From NCBI RefSeq assembly GCF_001194135.2, contig NC_068982.1:36923312-36987311 (forward strand): 64,000 nt of DNA, read 5' to 3'. A program made the translations under genes and the position numbers. The stretch is from Octopus bimaculoides. Its lineage: Eukaryota. Numbering within the stretch: position 1 is the first letter of the stretch; each line of letters begins with the position of its first letter. Positions 24,193-39,100 of the stretch are shown piece after piece. The notes under the pieces were generated by a model that saw only the letters and a list, made by a program, of their open reading frames with translations, was not told where the DNA came from and ran no database searches.

Positions 24193-27100
24193 GACAATGG
24201 ACTTCTTTTAGCTTCTGTCTACCAAATCCACTTATAAGGTTTTGGTTGGCCTGAGGCTATAGTAGAAGACACTTGCCCAAAGTGTCACACAGTGGGACTG
24301 AGCCTGGAACCACACAGTTGAGAAACAAACTTCTTAACCACACAGCTGTGCCTGCACCTATATATGCAATCTGAAAAAGTAAATTTTAATAATTGTATTT
24401 CATGTGGTTTCCATTGTTTCATGTTTAACCTGTAATTGCATTTATGATTTCGTTTTAAAATTTTCTATTTATGTCTGAAAGTTTAAATTATAGCTTTTTC
24501 AAAATAGTCATTATATTTTATGCTTCTTAAAAACATTTTGCATCAATTTTTTTTTCTATCCTAGCATGAGATGAACTGATTTTCAAAGCAAATAAATTTT
24601 TGGAACCTGATATTTTGCAGCCAGATTCTCTTCCTAATTTGAATTGTGTAACTATTGAATGGTGTATGACATTTTAGCTGATTGCAAAAAAGCAGGAAAA
24701 TCTCTTCCCCAAGAGTACTAACTATGATTTAACCAACCCTCATTCCTACAAATTACTCAGAGCCCACCACTCCAACATATATGATTCTCTTGATCTTTTT
24801 CCCATGCTTGTGAGGATGGAATGATCTTTTGATTGAACAGTTGTTTTCATGACTGGATGCTCTTACTAACCACTTAAATATGATGCAAAAGGGAACTTGT
24901 TTTTCATTCAGTCTGGCAAACTAGCATATGCAGAGTTAGGTGCCTTGACCATATACACACCACAATAGCATCATCCTAGTTCATAATGCTTTTGTTACCA
25001 TATTCCTGCTGAGATACCCTGCATTTTTAAAATTAATTCTGAAGATAATGAAGGATTTAATAAAGTAACTCATTATTAAGGTGATGTTTCAAACATTACT
25101 TCATATGGAATTTTATTGGAAGGTTTTAATTTATTTCATTTTAAAAGAAGAGGTTTGTGTCATAGAACCAGGCATTAGGTGCCTTAGGCAGGTTGGTATC
25201 AAGAGGGTTAAATCACTGCCATTCATTATGGTAAATAAAAATTTAAAACCAATTTATTCCCATATGGAAATAGTGAATCCTTTAATGAAATGATTAGCCA
25301 TAAGAACTTGGATTACAGTTAAAACTTCATTGAAGCAGCCATCAAAAAGAGTGTCTAAATTATAAAATTAGCATTCCTGTAATTATCCATTTTTGGAGAG
25401 AACTCTCTCTCCCCTATTTTACATAGATAAACAAGAAATATCTTTTAAGCAGAAATACATTATTTTAAAAATTTTCTCTTCATATGAATGACATTGTAAT
25501 TTTCTCAAAACTGTCCATTTTGTGTTACAGCCTTTGTCCTTATAATCTCTATTCGTGTGTTGGAAATATCTTGAGTATATTAGTTTCTGGGGGTTTTTTT
25601 CTGCAACTAAATCATTCAGATTAATTTTATAATTTTAGAATTGATTCAGTCAGAGAAAAATTTTCAAGAAGCTTTAAATAAGAAAATTCAACATGAAGCA
25701 AACTGCTCTGATGCTGAAGAAATTTCAGGAGAGCTTGAGGTAAAGTGAAAGTTTTATTTTACTCATTAAAATTATTTCACATATATCTTTGAAAATTCAT
25801 TTGTTCGTACATTTTACTTCTATTCTTCCATGCTAGCATGGGTTAGATGAATATATTACGGTGGCAGTGTGTTACTGCCAGATGTCCTTGTTGTTAGCAT
25901 TTGCTTGTTTTTCAAATATGGGATCATTTATTTCACACATCTTTGAAGGTATGAAGTGAAGTGACAACAGCAACAATGCTTACACTGAGCAGCTTTTATA
26001 GAGCCTAAATGCACACAAACACATGTATATGCACTCATACACGCACATAAACACATTGGGCTTCTTTCAATTTCTCTCTGCCAAATTCATTCACAAGGTT
26101 GTGGTTGGTTTAGAACTAAAACCAAAACCACATATTTGGGACATAAACTTCTTAACTACACAGCCATTTCAAATGTAAATTAATTGATATACCATCCATC
26201 AGTAAGGAATAGTTATTAATTTTAATACTTCTTTTTAAATTAATTGTTTCATTCATACTTGTACACACAGTGTAGGCATGTTTTGAGTTGTTCTTTTAGT
26301 GTTATGCTTTAATATTTTTCCAATAAATACATTGTATATTTGTATGTATATATATACCAGGAATTAGAAAGCTTAATGAGGGATCATCCTAAAGACACAA
26401 AGGAACGTATCCAACAATTATCTCAGGATCTTATAAACAATAGCATTATGGTAAATCTTGTCAAGGAAGAACTGGCTCAGCTTGAAAATCTTGGTGAATC
26501 CATAGAACATAAGGTAAGTGACTGAGATTTAAATTGCTTATATTTAAAAATAAATTTTGATAATTCAGTATCTTTATTACTGACCATTTAATACTTTACA
26601 TTTTTATCAAACATATTAACATAATAATCACTTAAACACTACTAAAATATTGCTGAATTATAATAATGATAAGGATGATGATAATGATAATAATAATAAT
26701 AATTGTTTCTAATATAGGCACATGGTTTGAAATTTAGGAGAGTGGGTTTGATTGATTAAATCAATCCCAGTACTTGACTGAAACATTTTATTTTTCTTAA
26801 CCCTGAGAGTATGAAAGATAAGTTAACTTTAGTGAAATTTGAACTCAGAATGTATAGAGCTTGAAGAAATCCTATATGGTATTTTCTCCAGTGTTCTAAC
26901 GATTCTGATATTCCGTCACCCTCAGTAACAGTTTAAAATATTACTAATTGTTTCTAATTTAAAATAAAAAAAATTTTTTTCAGTTTTTGTTAATTTACTA
27001 ATTTAATGAATGTTTTTTTTTTCCTGATTTTAATAATACAACAATAATAATAATAATAATAATAATTTATACTATAGGCACAAGGCCTGAAATTTTGGGG

Positions 27101-30100
27101 GTGGGGTAAGTTGATTACATCGACTCCACTGTGTAACTGGTACTTATTTAATTGACCCCAAAAGAATGAAAGGCAAAGTTGTCCTAGGTGGAATTTGAAC
27201 TCAAAACTTAAAGACAAACGGAATGCTGCCAAACATTTTGCCCAGTGTGCTAGCAATTCTGCCAGCTCACGGCCTTAATAATAATAACAGTGACTGTCTC
27301 TCTGTGGTCCGTGTTGTGACTTGACAGATAGTACAAACCCCCCCAGTAGACACAGTATCTTTAATCTACAACATCACAACACTGGATACTGTACAACATC
27401 TTCAATAACAATAAAAATGATAGTAATAGTCCTTTCTACTATAGGCACAAGAGAATGTACATGAATGAAATATACACTGTTGTTTTTAAAAAAAATGAAA
27501 ATGTTAAAGAGAAAAGGTCCTTAATAGCTAGAACCAGACACACACACACACACATTCACTCACACACACACCACACACACACACACACACACAAAGTCCT
27601 AGATTACTCAAATGTATCATAGGCATTAGAAGTGCTCAGTTTCGTACATTATTGACAATGCATAATCAGCAAGCTCATTTAACTTCATTGATGATACTAC
27701 TCTCTCCTACATTTCATAAAAGACTGAAAATTAGCATTCCCTTCTCTACTTTCATTTTCCACTTACAGTGGTATTCAAAGTTGTTGTTGAGGACTTTGTC
27801 AGAAGTGGGGGGAAAAAAACTTTATCATTGAAACAATTTAACTGTGTCCACACAACTTCTTTCACCATAACCACCAGACAGAGGATGACCAGTTGCACTT
27901 TTCCTTGCAAAATGAAAGTGGAAGATTGATAGGCATTAGCCACTTCTTCCTGATCTTTCAAGCCCTTTAATTTACAAGCACATTGACTTGTTCTGATTGA
28001 TATGTGTTCCTGTAACCTCATGGTATTTTGGTAGTGTCGTATTACCTATGTAGATTTCCAAAGTGTCCAACACTGATGGCGACATGACTTTCACTTGACC
28101 CAGTTGAAATAGGATGTTCATCAATATCTCCAACCACCACAACAATGGCTCCAACAATGCAAAATGGTTCAGAGGAGTAGCTGTTTGGTTTGACTGCCAA
28201 ACAGATGTCACTGTACTTTGCAACAACCCAGCTTCTGAAAATGGGGCTGAAACCAGCTGATCTTAGGGTAGCTGCTTTGTCGAACCTGTTTGTGACCTTT
28301 AGGCTGATCTAAATTGATCACTATTTCATTTAAACCATGTCTATACTAGATTGCTCAGGTTAAAAGTTGTGGTTAGAACTGCCAAGGATTGTGAAAATTT
28401 GTGCATTTCCAGCTATACTATTAATGACAAGTGCCAACTTTTTGGCAAATACCTTTGCCAAAAGTTTTAACTTTGTGTTTAACAGAGTTATGGACCTGAA
28501 ATTGTCTATCATACCCCTCTTGTTTCCATCATTCCTCAACAGTATCACCACCTTTCAGTCCACTTGGCTGGGAATATTTGCAGTCTGTTGCCAATCATAA
28601 TAGACAGCTACCAAGCTGTAGCAAACAAGCATAGCATGCAGCAATGTAAGGTCAATCATTCAGTATTCTCTATTTTGTAATACACAAATCCTAATGATTT
28701 GTTCCTTGCACATTAGTTCAAGTCTGTCTTTCTGTGTGCTGATGAAATCAACCATTTCCAGTTTTACTCCTTGTAAACAGTTTGGTAAAATGCTACTAAA
28801 AAATCACACACATCTGCTTAGAATTGGATGGCATGTGCCTGCTGTAGTTTGTGCAAGATCAAAATGTAACTTTATCACTGAGTCTCTACTACTCTGGCCT
28901 ATTAAATGGTTCACTTGCCTTTGTATTACTGTACATGCATCCTTTTACAGATAATGCATCCTTCATGCTTTGTGTTTAAGATATAGTTAAAGGTTTTCCT
29001 CTCCACCAGCACATCATTTATGATACTTTTTCTAGTCAGCTCCTCTTCTCTTCTCTATTGCTACTTCTTTACCAAAAGTAACAAAGCTATCCTGGTTTTG
29101 CCTTTTTGTAGGAGTCACTTATTGCTAATCATCTCCCACCCCCCACTTATGTGTTTTGCTAATATAGTCTCGAAAATGTTTCCATACTGGAAAGGTGTCT
29201 TAGCTTCCATTTGTTCCATTTAAGTTGACTGTACAGATTATGAATTTGTGCTCCATGTTGCCAGCTATTTAAAACTTTGAACAGTCTATGGTAATCTTTG
29301 TTCAAGTTCACATTGACACATTAAGAAAATCAAAATAATAACTGTTGGTACTGCTTGAGTTGGTTTGTACGACTTTTGTACATGCCTCTCCTAAAGCTAC
29401 ACTCAAACAGCCTGTATGTGCTGTAGATGACATTCTCCCTTTCCAATAATGCTAATGTGTAAGAGGTTCCTAAGAATGTCTTTAACATTTAAAGAAATCT
29501 AGCTGAATGCACCAAAACTGTCAATTATAATATATTTTGTCCTTGTTTGTAGAAATTTCACCAATTCATTGTTCCTCTTCAGAGAACAGTATCATTGAGG
29601 AGTTTGTGCTATTATTGTTGTTTCTGCTGTTGCCATTGTTATAGCTCCTTTTGTTACTGTGGTTGTTGCTATTATGGTCACTGTGATTGTTGATTGCCTG
29701 TTGGCTTATTGGTCTGGCTGCGCTTCATAGTTTTTGTTAGTCCTTGTGCAAACAAAACTTTGGGTTATGAAAGTTAAACATCAGTTTTCCCTGGTGCCTC
29801 TTTCTCAATCCCCCTACTTTCTTCCAGAATTTTTTATGCTTTCTTTGATTCTTGTTCATTCAAGTGATAGCTGGATGTTGTGAGTGGGGACCCTTCTTCA
29901 TGAGCCCCTTTGTCTTTGAAGTAGAAGTTGTTGTTGCAGCTGCTGCTGTTTTAGTGGTTGCAGTAGTTGGAAGAAGGCACACAGCTTTTGTCTTCTGCCC
30001 TGTGGGACTCAATGCTTTAAAGTGGTTTGCTTTACTGTAGATGTAACATTTGCATTTCCTGTTCCCAACAACTGCCTGTGTCTATTCATACTCTTTGAAA

Positions 30101-33100
30101 CAGAATTATTCAAGGATTTCAGAAAGACTTCCAAGTGTGACCAACTTTTGGAACACAAGTTAAGAGCTAGTCTGAAATCCTATGACGTTTCTATGTTCCT
30201 CCACCATTGCCACCATGCTAGCTTAAAACATGTAAGGCAGCATGGTATCACACAAATTCCTGGAACATGCACATGGCTTGAGCCACTTATCATCATTCCA
30301 CACAGTCTCCTTCTCACTACACACTCCACTTAGATTGTCTTCCAGATATTTTTGATTTGTGATGGAGTCACATAGTGCAACTCCCAGGTTTGATGATTGT
30401 TGTACCTATACAAAATAGTTCTAATTCAGATGCTATTTATTTCCTTAGCCAGAAAGTACCCTCACTTCAGGGTAATAATTTTGCTTTTTTTTTTTAAACG
30501 CTTCAGTCTTGCCCTTGAGGGAATGGGGTATCCTATGACTTGCAGGATGGGCAAATGTGAAGTCCTTTTTTTTTCCTTTTGAGGTTTCATCATTTGTTAT
30601 TTTGTTGCATATGGGAGTATAAATTTTCTTATATTTGCATGTCTTTGTAGTTTGTCAATGCATCTGCTTTGGCTGTGATGTTAATGCTTTTATTTGCTAT
30701 AACAAGATTAATGACTGTTAGCATGGTGTTGTTGCTGTCCTTATTAAATATTGTAGAGTCATTACCATTTTCACTCTTTGAAGTTACCTCTTTCCTCTCT
30801 ATCAACTTCATCCATCAAGAACATTTTGATGCCAATGTGGGAATCATTTTTTTTTTTTGAAATCTAAGATACAGGGTTTGGACAAAATATTGGAAACACC
30901 CTAAAATTTCAAACAAATTAATTTTAACATGAGGTAGAACTGCTTTTGGCAGTAATAACAGCTTGAATTCTACAAGGTATGGACTCGTACAAAGTTTGAA
31001 TTGTTTCCAAAGGAATTTTTGTCCATTCTTCAGCTAAAACAGTCTCCAGTTCTTGTAGTGATGATGTGAAGGATATTGACTCCTTCTTTGTTTTTCTAAA
31101 ACGCATGATAAATGTTCATTGATATTGGGCTGGCAGATTTCCGAGATATAGCCCCGCAGTTCATCACAGATCTTCCTCCATCTTTAACAGTTGGAAGAAG
31201 GCAGTTTGGGTCAAGTGCTTCTTTTGGCTGTCTCCACATGTATACTCAGCCCGGTGGTTGGAAATAGGGTAAAGGATCACTTGTCTGAGAAAATAACATT
31301 CTTCCACTGCTCTAGGGACCAATTCTACAGGTTTTTGCTCCACTCTAAATGCTGTGCAATGTTTGTTTTTGAAAGTAGTGGTTTTCTGATTGCAGCCCTC
31401 CCATGAAATCTGGCTTTGTGCAGTTCTCGACAAACAGTTTTTGAGGAAACTGGGTTCTCAAGGTGGTCATTAAGCTCTGCAGTAATTTTGTGAGCTGTAC
31501 TTTTGTGTTCCTTTCTAACAATCTGCGTAAGAGTGCGACAGTCCCTATCTGAAAGTTTTGGTTTTCTTCCAGAGTTTTGTTTCGATGAGGAGGTTTTCCC
31601 CTCTTTCTCAAAGGCTTTCGAGACAGTACTTCTTGATACACCAAACATTTTGGCTGCTTTCGTTACGTTAGCACCTGCCATACAAGCACCAACAATTTGA
31701 CCTCTTTGAAAGTCCGATAAATCTGTCATTTTGATGACTTTTAATTACCTTTTTCTGATGATATCTGAAAAGAAACAGCAATTTTTTTAGCAAAACATAT
31801 TAAGCACCACTAATAATAAATCAAAAAACATAAAAATAAACAAGCTTTTGATGGTTTTATAGATATTTCAAAATTATGATGCTAGGTGTTTCCATTATTT
31901 TGTCCAACCCCTGTATATATATAAAACAACTATATAGCAATCATCATCATTTTAACACTCACTTTTCCATGCTTGCATGGGTCAGATGGAGTTTACTGAA
32001 GCAGATTTTCTATGTCCAGAGCCCTTCTTGTTACCAACCCACAGCCGTTTCCAAGCAGAGTAATATATCCCCATGACCAGAATGTTTTCACAGAATGTTG
32101 GAAATGAATAACATTCATTTACAACAATCATATGATGTCAAAGCAAGGAGACAAGCACATGTGTGCATACACACATACACAATGGGTTTTTTTTTCAGTT
32201 TCCATTCTACCAAATCCACTCATAGGACTTTTGTAGGACTGTGGTAAGCCAGAAACTATAGTAGTAGAAGATACTTGCCCTAGGTGCCACACAGTGGAAC
32301 TGAATCTGAAATCATGTGGCTGGGAAGCAAACTTCTTAATCACGGGGCCATTCCTGCATCATACCATCAACATCATTATCATTTAACATCCATCTTTCAT
32401 GCTTGCATGGGTTGGACAGTTGACAGGATCCAACAAACCAGTGGACTGTGTTGAGCTCTATTTGTTCATAGTTTCTACAGCTGGATGTCCTTCCTAATGC
32501 CACCTATTTTACAGAGGGTAGTGAGTGTCTTTTGTGACATTGGTACTAATGAAGGTAACCAGGTAACTGAAAAGTTACCCTGTTGGTGTCTTGCTGTAGA
32601 GAAGATGCATGGCTATCCCACATTATATAAGGAAAGAGTAGCTGGAAAGAAATCTAATGGTTGTGACTTGGAGCGTTAAAATCCACCTCTGAACACAAGT
32701 AGTTTAAAAAATAAATATGCATGTGCACACGCAAAAGCTATACTTATAATCAGAACCTTTATTTCTAGTGACAGCTTTAGGATAGTAAGTATATAGTGTT
32801 ATTAAAACATTTTGTTGGAAACAAACTTTCTGTGAGGGAATCCAACCTAAAGAAATGCATATTTGTAAGTCTAGGAATATTGAAGATGTGCATAAATAAT
32901 GTGATTGTGATATAGTTTGAAAATTAAGATGAAAAAAAAAAAAAACATGAAAGCTGAGTTTATACGGTCACACTTAATATAGATACAAATATTATTATCA
33001 TTAAGAATATTATAAAAGTATGACAAGAAGCTGAGTTAATATTTTTTCCTTTTTTTATCTGTGTTATGGAAGAAGTACATTACGAACTGAGCTAGAGACA

Positions 33101-36100
33101 AACAAAATATATCCAGTATATAAAATTCATATATTTTATTGTTACAATTAAAGGAAGCTTCTCAAATTGTAACTTTTTTTCCCCTTTTTAATGTCCTAAC
33201 TTTTGGTGAGAAGATAATTCTATCCTTAATCAATATATCTTGTTCTAACTGATGTGTTTGTTTTCCTTATATTTTGAAACATGATGGTAAACAAGCAGCA
33301 TTTAGATGTTTGTTTTTTAATGCTAGCATTCTTTAGTAATGTATGTTATATGCCATATTTCACAAACCTCTGCCATTGTATATGTGAGACCCAATATTCT
33401 TAGGCCTGATGTATCTTTATTCATCTAAATCATAGAAGTATTTTATAACATGTCCTCATTTGCATTGTAAATATACATGTCTGTCTTCTTGTCCCTTCAG
33501 CATGTATTAGATAGTGCTTTTTATACTTGTTAGTTTTTTTCTCACTTATACCCAATCATTTCTGTAAGTTAATGACCTGTACCCATGCTCAATCTTCTCC
33601 AATTGCTGAAGTTTCTATTCTAATGTTCTTTACTTTTCTGTATCAGAGAGAAAAACCCTTTATTTCCAAAGCAATTATATTTCTTTAAGACCTTCCATCT
33701 CCTACCTTAACAAACTTTGGCACTAGCTGTAGCTGCTACATTAAATATCACCTAAATAATAGAATTTATCGTTTGATCACTTTCTGATCTCCAGATAGTG
33801 ACTATTCATACTGTTTCCTATTCTGGTACACTTAGATGTCTAATTTCATGTAAAACCTGCAGACAGTCCTTTACATCATGCGGTTGAGCTTTTGTAGCTT
33901 CAGCTACTGACTGAAAGCTTAGTTTTTCTCTGTTCACTTTTACATTGTTTGTCTTTAGTTTATGCTTCTCAAGAATTTGTTTTGAAATTCTTTGATTCTG
34001 CAATAAAAACTAATTTTCATAGTATAGAAGTTTTCATGACCATCCAGCTCTGAATTTTATTTTGAAGAGGCCNNNNNNNNNNNNNNNNNNNNNNNNNNNN
34101 NNNNNNNNNNNNNNNNNNNNNNNNNNNNNNNNNNNNNNNNNNNNNNNNNNNNNNNNNNNNNNNNNNNNNNNNNNNNNNNNNNNNNNNNNNNNNNNNNNNN
34201 NNNNNNNNNNNNNNNNNNNNNNNNNNNNNNNNNNNNNNNNNNNNNNNNNNNNNNNNNNNNNNNNNNNNNNNNNNNNNNNNNNNNNNNNNNNNNNNNNNNN
34301 NNNNNNNNNNNNNNNNNNNNNNNNNNNNNNNNNNNNNNNNNNNNNNNNNNNNNNNNNNNNNNNNNNNNNNNNNNNNNNNNNNNNNNNNNNNNNNNNNNNN
34401 NNGGGGGGGGGGGTCAATGTAAATGCTGTTGACTGGTACTTCTTTATTTTTGTAGCAGTTGAGCATATTTCTGCCAAACTAGTTATAAGTAATAATACAT
34501 CTCAAGGTGATTTAATTAGCTAAGCAAGTGGCTCCCATTCTGATGCTTTAAATATCTCAGCAACTATGTTTGAAAGTTGGGCATTTCTCTTTCTCTTAAT
34601 TCCTTTATGTTATTAATATTTTATCTGTGAATTGATATCTAATTTCTAGACCTGGCTGTAGAATATGCTATTCTTATCCCATTCATTCATTTTACTTAGC
34701 AACCTGTCAATACCTTATTATTTGCACTATAATGAGCAGTAAGAATATGCACATAATACTGGATATATCTTGATTCATACTGAAACATTGCTTTACAGTT
34801 CATTTTATACCACTCATCACTCATGTTTCTTATAGTACTAACAATGGAGAAATTGTTTTGGTTTTATTTCACTATCTAATTTTTGATATAAACTGCTTCC
34901 TACAGTAGCAGAAGTAGCTAGAGAAAAGTGTGTATAAGACACAAGAAGAGAATAAAGAAAAGATTGTGTGTAATGGTGTGTATTGAGGGTACCAAGAAGT
35001 GTTATTTAAGCAATACAAGGAAACACACGAAGATCAGCTCCTTATAATATCCATTTTACACAATAAAAAGACATGGGAAGGAAGGCAAATAGTTGAAAAA
35101 AAATTTTGAGTGGCCTTATAAACTAATATATAAGAATATTTATTCCATTTTTTGATGAGAATGGTGGTTTTATCTGTCTCTGTAAGAAATACATGTGTAC
35201 AGATATTTCACTAGATATTCTTTGATACAATATTAATCTGAAGAGGAATCCTCTTAAAACCTGTAAAATTTTTACTGAACTTTTTTCGAATGCTTGTCAT
35301 CCATGCAAACTTCTTTATAAGTAAAGAGTAATTACAATTTCATCATATCCTCTTCTCCTGTGTCATCAATTTGCTTGCTTTGTATGTGAGTACAGAATGG
35401 AATGAATACATCAGAAGAATAGTTTATTTCTATTTATCTTTCCTCTATATTTTACATACTGTAAAGCATAAAGCTGTCTTAGACCAAATCTATCTATCAA
35501 TCAACTTGTCTGTCTTGGTAACTATAAGTTTCAGCTTTCAAAATTCTTTCGTCTAATTTGTTGTATTCAAACCAACAAACGTCCTTTATGCATGCAATAA
35601 TTAGTGGCTCTAATGTCTACAATTCTTGTTCTGCTACTTCTCTGTAGCTTCTCAAGTTGGTGTTGTTTATCTGTCAAATCATACTTTTTGCCTCTTGAAT
35701 CTTCTGCTATTTTGCTAGAATTCACTGCTATACATCATTACATCCCAGGCAGGCAAACATACTTCCTTGTTTTGCTTTTCAATATGTAGAATTCTTAATT
35801 TTTTAGGACAATATTTAGATCAGGCAACAGACTTTATCTAACAAAATAGGAGTTTTCACAGAATGCTAACCCATGCAATATGTTCTACATAATGTAGTTA
35901 ACTAAAGAATTCACCTGAAATGTTGTTAATTATTTGTTACATTGACAACTCAATATTTTACTCATTATCATGGCTTTTTTTCTTCTCTGTATTCAATATA
36001 TCCAATGAAGGAGCTAATCTAAGGCTGCTTGGCCTGCAAAAAATAGGAATGCTTTTGATGAAAGGCTTACTTGATCAAAGTTGACTTGGGACAAAACAAT

Positions 36101-39100
36101 AACAATTATATATAGTTATTTTTCTCATGCTTTATAAGTGATCTAAATCTGTTGTTGGCATTAATATAAAAAAAAATTGGTAGAACAAGCATGCTTCCAC
36201 CTTGTTAGCTATTACCTGATTTTTATTTCAAGCTGAAGTCATCTTCCTTCATTTATGTTAGGTAATTCAGAGTTGTTGGACAAGTGACTTGATCTGAGAC
36301 CATGCATTGATACTGAAGCAGTTACATTGTGAAAGAGCCATTTTAGCTATCTGGTGGCGAGGAAGCTGTTATATTGATTTTTCATATATTTCTTGGTGTG
36401 TCAGTGACCAGGTCACATAACCACACCCTGGTCTCTGACAGTTCTACTGCAGCTGTTTGACACATAATTACTGGCAAGGTCTTATGGGCTTGTTTTTTTT
36501 TTGTTTTTTTTTTATCTCTCTGTTGTTGAAGTTAGGCATATATTGGTTTGTTGTGTAGATATTACTTGATCTCTTGACACTAGTTGTGATCAGTCTCTTT
36601 CAGGTTCCATTCTTTTGTCTGTTTACAAACTAATATATATCATTATCACCATTCTGCAGCTCTTTCTTTCAGAATTACTTTATACGTATGCATAGTGGGT
36701 GGAGGTAAGTAAAAATAAAAAGCTATCATGACAAATGAGGGAGAAAGAAAGAAAGAAGTTAAAAAGAGGTAGAATAATGATATATACAAACTAGGGTCTA
36801 AAATGATGAAAGAATGAAATCTGGGAGTTACTAACAAATGATTGGCATTAAGTGGTTAACCATTGATAAAAAAAAACAAACAACACTCCCTGAGGTCTAT
36901 AAGAACTTGCCAGTAAATAAGTTTCAACTATATCAGTGGTTTCAGTAGTGATGAAAATTTTGATACCACAAGAAACAAATGAAGGAGAATATAACAATTT
37001 TTGTGTGCTTTTTAGATGGTTTAAATGAATCTTTCATGATGCAGTTGCTTAAATTAGCAATTTTTTTAAGAAGGGCAAGAATATTATGCAATCCTATTTT
37101 CCCTGTTAGGCATCAAGCCAATGTAAGAAATTAATATTCACATGAAATTGAAAGGGACATTTATTTTAAATTAAAAATCCAGTTATCTTTATACAACAGC
37201 ATAAAGGTGACAGGGCAAGGGCAAAATATATTCTCCACTTTTAAACATGTTTAACAATATTGTCGGCAGCCAATTCCATACACAGTGGTTGTAGAATGAA
37301 AAACAAGACAAAAAAACTTTCAAATGGTGTAGTTTTTTTTATCTTGTTACATAATCTTAGGATAACTATTGGCTAGAATGAAACTAATAAAGCCTGAATT
37401 TCAAAACTAATAGTGACAAATTTTAGATAAAAGATTACAATATCAAGCTGTTTTATACTTAAAAAAAAAATGTTTTACAAATATTAAATCATTTTCTTTC
37501 TATTTTATTATATAAGGTTTATGCATTTTTAACTTTTGTGAGACAATTTTATTGAAAGACAAAGTATTTAGTTAAGGTGATTTCTGCAACTATCATTGAA
37601 TAATGGCATGTTTGTAGGCTCAAAACCGTGTAACACATTTGGAGCATTCTGCCCATAAGGCCCAGGAAATTGAACGGCAAATGCTTGAAATGTCTCAGTG
37701 GATGACAGATATGTCAAAACGTTTACAATCCCTGCTGGATGCTGATATACTTGCTGAGGACAGTCCTCGTGAATATGAGGTAAAATATTGTTTTGAAATT
37801 TTAGATAATTGTTATTATTTATCCCACAAGGCATAGAGTAATCAGGCTGTTTTAGCTGTCCAAAATTTATGCAGTGGAATTTTGAAAAAAACAGTTAATT
37901 ACAGATGAAAATCTGTTGGCTATGAAGACCAATTTGAATAGGGTTTAAAAATTCCCACAACAGAAATATTTCAGATGTTGGTTAATACTTTGAACTATTT
38001 ATTTTGGAGATAATAATGAATAGAAAATTAATCCTTTGTGAATGTAATTAATAGTTTTGTTTAAACTGAATTTTATACATTTCAAAATGAAATTCAGTAA
38101 CCAACAATAGGGAGGTAGATTTTTCTTTTGAACATGAGGAAAATATTTTATTTTTAAAAAGTCTGTAAAAGAATTGTTTTGCAGAAGTGAAAAAAAATAG
38201 AAAGAATGTGGTCTTCACTTTAAAAATTTCAATATTTTATGAAAACTGAGAGAAGAAATAAAACAGAAACATTAAATTAAATTTAAATTATGAATATTTG
38301 GTTCTTAATATAATATGGTTTGGAATTTGAGTATTATTAACTTTATATAAAATGCAGAGAATAAATAGATTTCTGTTGAAGTACAAGTAAAATAAGCAGA
38401 GGCAGACCAGAGATGAACACAGATTGTTGATTTATTGGTTGTATTACAGTTAGGTAACATTCAGTACAGAAATTACTTGTATTTTTTTGATGATCATGAG
38501 GTTGAAAGAGTACTGTCTTCATTATAGGAGCATTATTCTATTGACTGTCAGATTGTGTTGAAATTTAATTTATCATCTTTTCTCTGAATAGGAAGTTCAA
38601 GTGTTCTGAATAACTTTTAGTATAAAGATAGCTTGACTTGAAGAATTTTGAATGAAACAGAATGTTGGTTTTATTGATTAACCGGCCTTTGATAATGTCA
38701 TAAATCTAATAAATTTTATTTGGGGTGGGGGTAGCAGGGTTATAAACTAATTTGCATTCAGTTATCTATTTTTAAAGCACAGTTGATTATATATTTCTCA
38801 GTTGTATAAATAAGGAATCCTGTTGTAGTTTTATGCTGTAGTCAGTCAACAATAAAATATTTAAGCAAAATATATTAGTAACTACTGTTATTTATATAGA
38901 CACTGAAAGAAGAATTCCAGCAACAAAATGAGCTACTGCAACAGTTGGAAAAAAGAGCCCTTGAATATGCAGAGTTGGGTCAGTTAGAAGCTAGCAGCAG
39001 GTTAATGCAGAAAAAACAAATTTTAAAGGTAAATTAAATTTCATTATTTCATAAGTTTCTTTCCATTTTATGTGACTAACCTATAAAGATATTTAACCTT

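Noticed and set aside
33818-34003. 61-aa basic ORF on the minus strand
   Set aside because: No recognisable family or splice support.
34073-34402. Possibility that N gaps hide dystrophin exons
   Set aside because: The exon chain is in frame and colinear with human dystrophin across every gap, so no exon is needed. Alternative exons cannot be excluded.
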